Shown one piece after another: positions 25,074-37,417 of a stretch of 64,000 nt of DNA (the first letter of the stretch is position 1; the number at the start of each line of letters is the position of its first letter). The position numbers and the translations under genes were made by a program. Under the pieces are notes generated by a model. That model saw only the letters and a list, made by a program, of their open reading frames with translations. It did not search any database and was not told the origin of the DNA. This DNA is from Octopus vulgaris. Taxonomy: Eukaryota. The stretch lies in NCBI GenBank assembly GCA_951406725.2, contig OX597814.1, positions 184,760,001 to 184,824,000 on the forward strand, written 5' to 3'.

Positions 25074-25112
<39 letters not shown>
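24898..25112. repeat. (CTT)n-(ATT)n-(CT)n microsatellites
   Basis: Direct. Confidence 0.95.
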
Positions 25113-25113
<1 letters not shown>

Positions 25114-25482
25114 CTACCTATCTATATTCTATTATGCGTTTTAGCCCAAAGGGTGTGGCCACACTAGGGCACCGCCAGTAATGAACGTGTATCAGAAGAC
25201 CGCAGAGAGGATACATATTCACATTATAATGTATTAAAAATACTCCACATTTGTATTGTCTTCTGGCAAATCAACAGAGATTTAATATCTTTTGGCGTTA
25301 ATACAGCTTCTGTCGCTACACACACACACACACATACACACACACACACACACACATGCACACCCGCACATATACATACATACTTAAATACATGCATACT
25401 TACATACATACTTACAAACATACATATATGTATACACACACATAGGCATGTATTTGTATGTTGATATTTAAAATAAAATTTA

Positions 25483-25700
25483 AGGCGGCGAGCTGGCAGA
25501 AACGTTAGACGTCGGGCGAAAAGCTTAACGGTGGTATTTCGTCTGCCGCTACGTTCTGAGTTCAAATTCCGCCGATGTCGACTTTGCCTTTCATCCTTTC
25601 GAGGTCGATAAATTAAGTACCAGTTGCGCACTGGGGTCGATCTAATCGACTGGCCTCCTCCCCCAAAATTTCGGGCCTTGCGCATAGAGTAGAAAAGCAT
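25483..25700 (+). mobile_element. SINE family A (tail A2), full length
   Basis: aggcggcgagctggcagaaacgttag...ccccaaaatttcgggccttgcgcatagagtagaaaag. Confidence 0.9.
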
Positions 25701-26359
25701 ATTTAAAAAAAAAAATTTGTTTTCTTCATGTGACACCAGAATAGCCAGAAGGGCATGTGATGTTATTACAAGCACGTAAATGTATCTCTTACATACACTC
25801 GTATATGTGTGCTCTACGACACAAAATATACGCGGAAACTCGCCCACGCGCACCAACATACATCTACGTCTATACATATTTGTATGTGGGTGTAAATGTA
25901 TGTTTTAAAGTACCTGAGCTCCTTCATAGAATACATATATGCATGTGTGTGTGCCTGTGTGTGTGTGCATCTGTGAGTATATGTATCAATGTGTTCGTGT
26001 ATGTGTGTGTATAGACAATCAGGTATGTATAGATATATTTCTTTATACGTACGCGGGTGTGTGTGTTTTTGCGTTCGTGTGTATGAGTATGCGTATGTGT
26101 GGATGTGTGTGTGTTTGTGTTTTTATGTGAGTGTGTGAATGTTTGAAAGTGCTGACAGAAGGAACCGATGTGGTTTTACAATATTTTGAACCATTAAATC
26201 AAAGTGCCAACTTCAGGTGCTTACGTAACGATTGTGTTAGCATTTGACTTGTTATCCGTCTGAAATTTATACACCACATACTTTACTTTATTAATTTATA
26301 ATAAATATATTTCTGTACGTGTGACATTTAATCAGTCAGTGAGTGCAAGATCATGTACA

Positions 26360-26619
<260 letters not shown>

Positions 26620-26895
26620 AAATAAATATATTTAGCCTCTGTTCAGACTGTCTTCCCGGTTTACAGCCTCTAATTCGAGAAAACAGATCTCGTTTTCACC
26701 TTGTAATGGCAAATTAGCAATGACACCTTTCAGCGAAGTCGTTTGATGCCAACCTTATGTGTGTGTATGGCTGTGTGTGTGTAATTCTGCTTGCATACGT
26801 CGTATATACAAGAATAGAAACTTGTACATAATACAGCAACATATATGCGTGTGTTAGTGTCTATATGCCTGTCTAGTCAAATTATGTGTGTGTGC

Positions 26896-26967
<72 letters not shown>

Positions 26968-27031
26968 ATATATATCTATCTGTCTGTATATCTATCTGTC
27001 TGTCTCACTCTCTGTCTCTCTCTTCTTTCCC

Positions 27032-27095
<64 letters not shown>

Positions 27096-27126
27096 ACTAT
27101 CTCTATCTGTCTATATAAATAGATAG

Positions 27127-27167
<41 letters not shown>

Positions 27168-27429
27168 GTAGCTACCTTCATCTCTACTTCTTTCTTCTTT
27201 GTTATCTAATTAAATTAAAGGCATACCAGCGAAAATCACGAGTTTACCATTGTTATTATATCCATTTTCTTCTCCTATATAACCTAACCTACGGTTTATC
27301 AACCGAACCACCTGCTACCGTACAACCTTACAAAATGACTGTACCTACCCAGGTAATAACCAGGAGCGTCTTTTGATTTAATTATCCCTTAGGGGTATTA
27401 AACCCCTCTAACTGATACCTACACTATAC

Positions 27430-27486
<57 letters not shown>

Positions 27487-27493
<7 letters not shown>

Positions 27494-27776
27494 AGTGAAT
27501 TGAAGAAATGGAGTTGAACGAAAATTGAACAGAATTTCTTTTATTGCATTCTACACATGTAGAATGCAATAAAAGGAATTCTGTTCAATCTTCGTTCAAC
27601 TCCATTTCTTCAATTCACTAATAATACTAAAATTCAATTATCCGCACCAACGCACGGTTGCAACACCAAAAGGTTTTATCTCCAACCGTGCTTTCTTCTG
27701 CCGTGATTTTTGCTACCAAGGTATCGGTTAAACTTTTGATTAATCTGCAACAAGATTATTCTTCTTTCTATTTTAC

Positions 27777-27780
<4 letters not shown>
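27487..27780. mobile_element. Fold-back element between TA tracts (69-bp inverted arms plus ~150-bp extension)
   Basis: Arms 27487-27555 and 27558-27626 differ at 2 positions; 2-nt loop. Confidence 0.75.
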
Positions 27781-27822
<42 letters not shown>

Positions 27823-27826
<4 letters not shown>

Positions 27827-27994
27827 AAATCTCTGAGCGAGGTATGAACAGTAGCTGCAACACATCGTGAAGTATATTTGCCACTTAAATGTGGCTAACC
27901 CCCTAAGACTCGAGTTTCTGGGTATTGACCCGTCGTCAGTGATCATCAATAGTATCCACCCTTAGGGGTTAGCCACATTTAAGTGGCAAATATA
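27823..27994 (-). mobile_element. Fold-back PLE-like element with hammerhead motif between its arms
   Basis: Arms 27873-27907 and 27961-27994; minus strand CTGACGA-c-GGGT caat ACCC-a-GAAA-ctcgag-TC (27939 to 27907). Confidence 0.75.
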
Positions 27995-29031
27995 ATTCAC
28001 TATATATGTATGTATGTATGTATGCATGTATGTATGTATGTATGTATGTATGTATGTATGCATGCATGTATGTATTACATGCATGTATGTATTGCATGCA
28101 TGCAAACATACACGTCTAGTTGCTAAAGTATATACAATTGCACATACACATACTCTCCAGAACATGGTACTAAAAATATTTTGATGTATTAAAAGTGACA
28201 TACATCTAAGTAGCAATTATTTGTCCTTGTTTCAACTACTCTGTATGCAATGATAATTCGTTGAAGATCAGTGGAACATACACACACGTATATATTTACA
28301 TGATGTTTCCTGTGACATTTGAGGCACAATGTAACAAAGCTGTATGTTGTACAATTCTTTTCCTACAGGCGACCTGAATGCTTGTTCAAAAATAAACCTG
28401 AGATAGTTCTAAGATAATTTTTTGCACATTATCTTTCGCGGTGAGTAAAAATGTTTTGGTATATCTATTTTAATGAAGACCTGACAAATCCCTACAGGAA
28501 AAAAAAAACATCACTCTTATGCCGAAATTATTTCAAAGGAAGCATATTAAAAATAATTTTAAGAGTTTTGATAAAATCAACATACCGAAATTCCTTTAGC
28601 CTTACAGTTGTTTACGAACTTCATCGAAAGAAAGAACTGAATTTTTAAAACCTATTATTAAAATGAAACAAAATGAAAATGGATTTTTATGCATTCAAAA
28701 AACACATCTTTGATATGTTTCCTTGAAGTATTTTAATATTCTTCATTCAAAAAACTTTTGTACAAGAGTTTTTGGTTTGTCTTTCTTTATATATATTTTT
28801 TTTTTGGTCGGAAAGAGCAATTGTAATATGGAGTTTTGTCGTCTCCCCTTATTTCAAGAAAAAAACAATTGCATTCTGTAAAGCTAAAACTAATTTTTTT
28901 TAATATATATTTTGAACTATTTTATTCAGTTTTGTTGCTCTTGAAGTAAATAACAGTAACTATTATCGATTAATATCATCATCATCTTCATCGTCATCAT
29001 CATCATTATCACTATTATTAACATTCTTATT

Positions 29032-30280
29032 TAAAGACTTTGCACAACTTCTAACGCTGGATATGTACTACGGTGCTAGCTGTTCACTACCAGTGAACTA
29101 TGGTGACACCCCTTATTTTTCGAGTACCTTCCGGAGTATTCGAGCGATTCCAAACAGTGCTGTTTTCTGCAAGTTCTCCACCTTTATTGCAGCCTCTATC
29201 TGTTCTATATACTTCTCAAGATTTTTACTCGCTGTTCTCATGACTTCGACAATTATTGGTACTACTACCACCTTTTTCATCGACCACAACTGCTTAACCT
29301 CCCAAGCTAACCTGTCATATCCTTCGACTTTTCTTTCTTCCTTATCGCATACCTTGTTGTCAGCTGGGAATACTATATCTATGATCCAGCATCGTTTGCC
29401 TTCTTTCTCAGTTAACACTATGTCTGGTTTCCTATTCTCCTTCTCATGATCACACTGAATCATAAAATCCCATAGGATCTTTGCATTATTATTTTCGACG
29501 ATGCCTTCGGATTTATCTTCATAGCACGTTTTTGCTCTGTAGCCTTGAATTCCATCTGGTCCCGCTTGTTTTAGTTCTTGCAACCATTCAGCATCCTTCT
29601 TGTGCTCCTTGTCTTTGCTCCAGATGCAACTCCCAAACCTTTGACTTTCAATGTTTTCTAGTATCAACTTTTCATCTGTACACCCTCCATTTATTTCTTT
29701 ATAGAATCTCTTCTGATCTACTCTGTATAGCCTATCCTGCTGGTAGCACTTCATTCTTTGGTCGTATCTTACCATCTTTACTTTCTTTGCTACGAGGCGC
29801 TATTTCAGTTCCTCCATTACCACTTTCAGTCCCTTTCTCTTTCAATATCACACTTTCTGTTCAGTGTCCTGTATTTTTGTTTGCTTTTAAGCTCCCCTTT
29901 CTCTTTTCGGTCTAACACAGAAGTGTCTTTCGAGACCACATGTAACCCCGCCTGTATTCTTCTTTTCCACCATGGATATTTTCTTTTGTCACTACAATAT
30001 TTATTTTTCTTGGCATTAGCAACCCACATTTTCTTCTACGACAATACTTGCTGCCTTGATCAAATTGCTTGCTTCTGTGATGTTTTTTGTTCTGATGTAT
30101 TTCAGAACTTCATTGACATTTTTCGTTTCTTGGTTCAATTTCCAACAATCAACCTTTTTAAGGTTGCAAATAATGTTGCTATCGTTCTCAATCTTCTGTC
30201 GTAGATTGCCTTTTGCTCGTCTGTCTTGTCACCGTTAGTTTTATTGTCTTCTTCCAAACCGTCTATATGTCTCTCTCGAG
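29032..30280 (-). mobile_element. Internally deleted R4/Dong-clade LINE (N-terminal region plus restriction-like endonuclease; RT absent)
   Basis: Translations YPWWKRRIQ, YQQDRLYRVDQKRFYKEI, AGPDGIQGY, and KILWDFMIQCDH...RKPDIV...CWIIDIVFPAD...KEERKVEGY...LW...VVPIIV...ARILRKVL are typical of RLE LINEs; flanked by ATT/CAT-type repeats. Confidence 0.85.
29113..29775 (-). pseudogene. 220-codon open remnant with PD-(D/E)xK restriction-like endonuclease domain
   Basis: ORF track 29113..29775; upstream homologous segments lie in other frames. Confidence 0.8.
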
Positions 30281-30366
30281 CATTATTATTATTGTTATTG
30301 TTGTTGTTGTTGTTGCTGTTGTTGATTTTGGTGGTGGTAGTAGTAGTAGTAGTAGTAGCTGTAGTA

Positions 30367-30585
30367 AGGCAGCGGTAACCTGGCAGAATCGTTAGCACGC
30401 CGGGCAAAATGCTTAGTGACATTACATCTGTCTTTACGTTCTGAGTTCAAATTCCGTTGAGGTCAACTATGCTTTTCATCCTTCCCAGGCCGATAAAATA
30501 AGTACCAGTTGATTACAGGCTCGATGATTATCAACTAGTATCCTCCCCCCGAAATTACTGACTTTGTTCCAAACTTGAAATCATT
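30367..30585 (+). mobile_element. SINE family A (A3), degenerate
   Basis: Family-A core. Confidence 0.8.
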
Positions 30586-31008
30586 ATTCTTATTAACCTG
30601 CATTAATATTGGAAGGTGCTGGAAATGGTTGACACAAGGCTCATTTACATAAGTTAACAAACCGTACATGCGCCTTATTTGCAGGTCTTCACATTGCAGA
30701 TCTTCTGATGCAGCGTGTTTTGAATAGGGTTACAATAAAACTTATCATAAAACCACACTGTATAACATACATATTGATGACATTCAGTTACTTTTCTCAC
30801 TTTTCTTTGGTATGATCCAATTCTTTATAAACTCTGTGTAGACAAACAAATTGCTTCTTATTGATGGTTTTTGATTTTCGTTAACATGTCTAAGCAACAC
30901 CAGACTAAATGGTTTTTCAGTATATATTTAAGTTGACTTACTTTACGGAAACCCTGCTCACAATTCTTACTAGATATATGACAGTTACCCATCTCAATGC
31001 TCATTATA

Positions 31009-31340
31009 AAAAAAAAAAAGACTCCGCCGGTTACGACGACGACGGTCCCAGCTGATACGATCAACGGAACAGCTTGCTCGTGAAATTAACGTGCAAATGG
31101 CTGAGCATTCCACAGACACGTGTACCCTTAACGTAGTTCTCGGGGATAATCAGCGTGACACAGAGAGTGACAAGGCTGACCCTTTGAAATACAAGTACAA
31201 CTCATTTTTGCCAGCTGAGTGGACTGGAGCAACGTGAAATAAAGTGTCTTGCTCAAGGACACAACGTGTCGCCGGGAATCGAACTCACAACCTTACGATC
31301 ATGAGCCGAATGCCCTAACCACTAAGCCACGCGCCCTCAA
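31009..31340 (-). mobile_element. SINE family F (C-type head, distinct tail), full length, oligo(T) end, 13-bp TSD
   Basis: Minus strand tggcttagtggttaggg...gagttcgattcccgg...ccttgagcaagacact; TSD aatgctcattata at 30996-31008 and 31343-31355. Confidence 0.9.
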
Positions 31341-31697
31341 CTAATGCTCATTATACTTCTAAAGCCATAAGCCTTTTTTTTTTTTGAAGATCAAATGTCA
31401 CCATTTGTGCTATGTCTAAATTCATTGAACTTTATACCACTACTTTCATATGTTTACCATATGAAATTAAAGTGTGTCGAATATCCGACATCGGTTTGAG
31501 ACTACTACAGTGCCTAACGAAAAAACTTTTTCCTTTCTAGTTTGTGAATTTATATCTAAAAAATAAGAAAGAGATGGAGAATAAATGGGTCTGTAATTAT
31601 TTAGGCACATCTCCCTCAAAACTACATGAGGGGAAGTATACTCGGAAGAAATGTGAAACAGACATTGAAAAAAAAAACCACTGTCACACGTTAACTA

Positions 31698-32075
31698 CCG
31701 TAAATCTTCGAGTATAGTCCGCCCTTGAGTATAATACGCAGGGGATTTTTAGGGGGCTGTACCTCTGAAAAACCTAAACCTTGTGTATAATACACATCCC
31801 TTCTCTAACTTGAGTCAAGGAGGTCTATATAACGCTCTTGGTTTGTAAAAATGTATATGGTAACATCCTTTATTATTGCCTTCTTGCCTTCTTTATCTTT
31901 GGCATCTGTTTAATTTCATCTTTATTTCTTCTCCATAACCTAACATTGCTTTCGTCAACATCAAATTTTCTTCCGGCGGCCATATTACCATACTCTTCAG
32001 CATATGATATAACTTGAAGTTTAAACATAGCCGAATAAGATCTACGAGGCATTTTATGGGCATGTAATGTATAAA
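31698..32075 (-). mobile_element. pogo-superfamily DNA transposon relic (one terminus plus 5' piece of transposase)
   Basis: TA (31696-97) followed by ccgtaaatcttcgagtatag with repeated gtataatac subterminal motifs; second terminus not found. Confidence 0.7.
31873..32052 (-). pseudogene. Brinker-type DNA-binding domain of a POGK-like pogo transposase (59 aa, truncated)
   Basis: MPRRSYSAMFKLQVISYAEEYGNMAAGRKFDVDESNVRLWRRNKDEI matches the BrkDBD pattern RRSY..FKL.V..A....N..AAR.F.V....VR.WR. Confidence 0.85.
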
Positions 32076-32089
32076 ATGTTTTATTGGAG

Positions 32090-33148
32090 ATTATACTCAT
32101 CATAACTGTCCGTTTTACTTGGTAAACAAGGCACGTGCATCACAACCATGTGTGCGTGACATGGTGATATCATAGCAAGATAAACAGTGCATGACCTTGC
32201 AGGTGATGCCAAGTTAGTATTTTTTCCAGGTCAAAAGATCCCTGAATAAGAGTTATTTAAGGATGATGAACGAAACACCCATGTTTCCAGAGGTGTATCA
32301 TTCATAACCCAAAGAATTACTCTCAACAGTTGGCTATGATGCTCCCCCCACAACTTTTGCTCGTGATCAGAGATGCACATATCGTCAGCCACTAAGTGAC
32401 ATGTTCAACTATTTAAGGTCAAGCAACTGACTAGCAAATCTGGTAATGAGCAGAGTATTTGCTGTAGCCTATCTTTTACACCAAGACAAAACATGTACAT
32501 CATAACACTTCCAATCAGTTAAGATCAGAAACCATGAGAGCCGCTACCTGGTACTGCATCAAAGGATCAATATTATCATAATTATCATGTGGAATTCATA
32601 TTTTACTCCATTATCAAAGTAATGCTGGAGTAAAATATATGAAGCCTAGTATACCCATCATGACTACTCGTCTTATAAGGGTACACCAGGCACATGCATT
32701 ACAACTACATGTGCGCGACATGGCAATTTTATACCAAGATAAACAGCACATGGCCTTGCACGTGTGGCCCAGTTAAAATTTTCTTCAGATCGAGTAGCCC
32801 ATCCCACTCAAAAGGTCCATTATTAAAAGTTGTTTAAAGATGTTGAACGAAACACCCATCTTTCCAGAGGTGAATCATTGAAACCCCAAAGAATTCCTCA
32901 CAACAGATAGCTATGATGCTCCCCCACCACTTCTGCTCCTGATTAGAGATGCACATATCGTCTGCTACCAAGGGACACGCTCAGTTGGTTATGGTCAAAC
33001 AACTGACAAGCAAATGTGTGGCATTGAGCTGAAAATTTCCTGTAGCCCATCTTTTACACCAAGACAAAGCAAAATGTACATGATAACACTTCAAATCATT
33101 TAAGATCAGAAGCCATGAGAGCCAGTGCCTGTTACTGCATCAGGGCAT
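32090..33148. mobile_element. Two tandem copies of repeat family E (32090-32565, 32625-33148)
   Basis: Both are colinear with 10305-10737 and end ...ccatgagagcc...tactgcatca followed by ATT-type repeats. Confidence 0.85.
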
Positions 33149-33659
33149 CAATATTATCATTATTATTGTTCTGGTTGTTGTTGTTGTTTCTGGTGTTGTT
33201 GCTGTTGTTGTTTTTGTTGTTATTTGTTAACTTTCTGACTGCATATGAAAAAATAAAATACATAATAAGAGAGGTCCCAATAGTCTGACACAAATACATC
33301 GTATTGAAGAAAGGAAAAGAGTAAAAAAAAAAAAGGAAGCAAATCTGAATGAAATGAATAAAATAATAAACCCCCCAAAAAAACAAAATGTAATACCTCA
33401 AACCCCATCATATTGGCATAAATTCAGCAATTCTCTTTTAGCATTTTCTCTGATACTATTGAACCACAAGTAGGTAAATTGCTCTGGAAGTTAAACATTG
33501 ACCAGAATGCGTTTCCACTGACCAAAAACATTGTATTGCAAAATCGATAGTTTGGTTTAAAATCCAATCTCGCAAGCTGTCAGAAATTTAGATTGTGGTA
33601 CTGACTGCTGTCGAACGTTCTGCTTACTCACTTAAGGGAGATTGCTTAAATAAACAATA

Positions 33660-33722
33660 CATTATTATTATCATTATTATTATTATTATCATTCTTCTTC
33701 TTATTATTCTTATTATTATTAA

Positions 33723-33759
<37 letters not shown>

Positions 33760-33935
33760 TATTATTATTATTATTATTATTTGTAGTAGTAGTAGTAGTA
33801 ATAGCAGTAGTGGTAGTAGTAGTATCGTTGTTGTTGTTGTTGTTGCTGTTGCTGTTGTTACTGCTGTTGTCGTTGTTGTTCTGCTTGGTGTTTTTGCTGT
33901 GCATGTTATCTTTGTTAATACTATGAGTATTATTA

Positions 33936-34006
<71 letters not shown>

Positions 34007-34045
34007 GTTGTTGTTGTTGTTGTTTTATAATTATTATTATTATAT

Positions 34046-34076
<31 letters not shown>

Positions 34077-34108
34077 TAGTTGTAGTAGTAGTAGTAGTAG
34101 TAGTAGGG
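33660..34108. repeat. Compound (ATT)/(AGT)/(GTT) microsatellite
   Basis: Direct. Confidence 0.95.
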
Positions 34109-34421
34109 TATGAGCGATGGGGGAAATGGTGGTGCTATGGTTGCTGCATCTACTTTGAATAATCTGATTATAAAGTTTGTTCCCTTGCACCAGATGGTGA
34201 TTAATACCCATCACTTCAGCAGCAATAATCGAATCAACAACAACAACAATAATATAAATAACAAGAGCAGATGAAATCGCAGTAATTGAGGCAGAGGTAA
34301 CAGTAGCAATTGCCACATTCACTACAGTAGCAGTAACAGCAACATTGGTTATTGCAAACTCAGCACTACTATTACTGTGATGGAAAACAGCAAAATAACA
34401 TTGGAATGAATATTAACAATA

Positions 34422-34840
34422 TAGGCGCAGGTGTGGCTGTGTGGTAAGTAGCTTGCTTACCAACCACATGGTTCCGGGTTAGAGTCCCACTGCGTGGCAC
34501 CTTGGGCAAGTATCTTCTACTATAGCCTCGGGCCGACCAAAGCCTTGTGAGTGGATTCGGTAGACAGAAACTGAAAGAACACCGGTCGTATATACATATA
34601 TATATAAATATAAATGTGTGTGTGTGTGTGTGTGTTTGTCCCCTCCCCCCCACATCGCTTGACAACCAATGCTGGTGTGTTTACGTCCTCGTCACTTAGC
34701 GGTTCGGCAAAAAGAGACCGATTGAATAAGTACTAGGCTTACAAAGAATAAGTCCTGGGGTCGATTTGCTCGACTAAAGGTGGTGCTCCAACATGGCCAC
34801 AGTCACATGACTGAAACTAGTAAAAGAGCAAAAGAGTAAA
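34422..34840 (+). mobile_element. SINE family B, full length
   Basis: Family-B consensus. Confidence 0.9.
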
Positions 34841-35077
34841 TTCAATGAAGGCGAAAAGAACGTAAAACGTGCTAACAATTGATAATAGGAAGAGGCGAGA
34901 GTACCTGTCTTTCATGCCTTTCTGAAAAGGTGTTAGCCATGTGTGTTAGTAAAAAGAAATTATTTCAAAGCTAGGAATTTACGCGAGGAGAAGAATTTAC
35001 ATCTTTGTACGAAGATACTGAATTTTAGAAGAGTTATGTTATCGGAAGCTGTGACAAAAATGCTTCTTCCGAAAGAT

Positions 35078-35279
35078 ATAGGTTTCAAATTTTGGCACAA
35101 GACCAGCAATTTCTGGGAGTAGAGTAAGTCGATTACATCAACCCCCGTGCTCAACTCGTGCTTATTTTATCGACCCTGAAAGAATGAAAGGCGGAATTTG
35201 AAGTCAGAGCGGAAAGACAGATGAAATGCTACTCTAGCATTTTGCCCAACGAGGTAACGATTTTGCCAGCTCACCGCCG
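35078..35279 (-). mobile_element. SINE family A (A3)
   Basis: Family-A core in reverse complement. Confidence 0.8.
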
Positions 35280-36272
35280 TTCTTTCCTAGAGATAATACA
35301 AGGAATAAGTGAAGTGAAAATACTTTAAAAGATGTTGGAAAATACGTTAATTTCGCGGTTTCCTATGTGCGTACCTGCGTACTTCATGCTTCATGATAAT
35401 TGCTCCACAAGAGCCACAAAAGGGAGAAAAGCTTTTGAACAAATATATACAAAGCCAACACTGTTTAAAAGAGAATGAATGAGAAGAGTGAACTTCGTTC
35501 AGAGCATAGTGGTTTAGTCGAGGGAAAGGAATTACATCCTTTTGCATCTCATATAATCCTAGACTCGAAGAAACGATGCAGTTACTGTTCAGTTACAAGA
35601 CAAGAACTGCAACAGAAACATGATAAGAGATGATACCAAAAGAGTAAGGCTGTATTGGGTATAAGTGATTGGTTGCTAAGCATCGGGGCTTGAAAAGAGA
35701 AACATTACAAAAGGCGAAGGTGTGTGGCCTAGTTTCGATTCTCATATCGACTGAGCAAAACACTTCGTTTCACGTTACTTCGATCCATTCAGCTGTAAAT
35801 AGGTAACCTTGAGACGAATTGGCGTACAAAGGTGGGATAGTGAGTCAGGAAAATCAACCTAACAGAGGTCTTGCGAGCCACGTTTTGTTTGTAGTCAACA
35901 ATCGAAAGGATGAATAATGCAACCTGTACTGTGAATCTCGACCGGTTGGGAATGGTTGCTCAACCACGTCGAAAGTCTGTCATAGAAGACGACTGTATTG
36001 AATGTGTGTGTTTGGGGACGATAAGCAATCAGCAGAGATCATTGCAATAACAGCAGAAAAAGCAGAATGACGAACATCGCATCTGTAAGGAAAAGGTTGT
36101 ATTGTACTGGTGAGTCACTCTTCGCCAATCAGTCGGGTGAAATTATTACATGGAGTACATGGAAAGGCTTACCGCTAGCAGGATTAGAAATATTGATTTC
36201 TTACATTGGCTAAAGTCCAAAAGCTTATCGTGACAGATAAACTTCAATTCATCATAATACTAACTAATTTCA

Positions 36273-36480
36273 AGGCGACGAGCTGGCAGAGCTATTAGCA
36301 CGGTAGACAAAATGCTTAGAGGTATTTCGTCCGTCTTTGCGTTCTTAGTTCAAATTTCGCCGAGGTCGACTTTTTTATTCAGGGTCGAAAATATAAGTAC
36401 CAGTCAAGTACTGAGGTCGATGGAATCGAATTCTTCCTTCCCTCAAGAATTGATGGTCCCTTTGCCAAAATTTGAAGCTA
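36273..36480 (+). mobile_element. SINE family A (A3), degenerate
   Basis: aggcgacgagctggcagag...gccgaggtcgac...gccaaaatttgaa. Confidence 0.8.
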
Positions 36481-36524
36481 TTATTAGAATTTCTTTTAAC
36501 GGCACCAATACGATTTCAACATAG

Positions 36525-36900
36525 TCTTTTATCTTTTGGTTGTATCAGTCAATGAACTGAGGTCATACTCAGGCAAACTATGAAGGGTTTTAATCGAACA
36601 ATTCGACCATAAAGCTTAGTACTCCAGGCCTGTTTTACGGAGACGTAAACAAACGATCACGGTTTTCCAGCGTTCAGAGACAGACAGACACACACACACA
36701 CACACACGCACACACACACAGACGCACACACACACGCACACACACATACATACATGTACACAACGTGCGTCTTTCAATTTCCTTTCCAGCTACCTAATCC
36801 ACTTAGTAAGGTTTTGGTTAACCTGAGTCTACAGCATAAGATACTTGTCCGAGGTGACGTGCAGTGTGACTGAACCCATGTGGTTGGGAACCATACCTGC
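36525..36900 (-). mobile_element. SINE family B, old degenerate copy
   Basis: gacgtaaacaaac...(CA)n...gatacttgtccgaggtg...gaacccatgtggttggg. Confidence 0.6.
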
Positions 36901-37041
36901 CACGTAGTTAGATTAAATAAGGTAACTTTACTTCAATATAGGGTAACAGATCGCTAACGTCTATTCAAAGAACCAGTCGAGTATTACCAAAGATTCTTCT
37001 TCTTCTTCTTCTTCTTCTTCTTCTTCTTCTTCTTCTTCTTC

Positions 37042-37073
<32 letters not shown>

Positions 37074-37141
37074 CTTCTTCTTCTTCTTCTTCTTCTTCCA
37101 TTTAACTACCTATTTATCTATGTGTGTAATTTATCACTATC

Positions 37142-37187
<46 letters not shown>

Positions 37188-37354
37188 ATATCTATATATC
37201 TATCTATCTATCTATTTTTTTATCCACAAAAAGAAAAGCTCTACCTTGTAATTTGTCCCGTCTGTGTGCAGCCCTGTGTGGCTAATAAAGAAACATATCT
37301 ATCTATCTTTCTTTCTATCTGTCTGTCTGTCTGTCTGCCTGTCTATCTCTCTAT

Positions 37355-37417
<63 letters not shown>

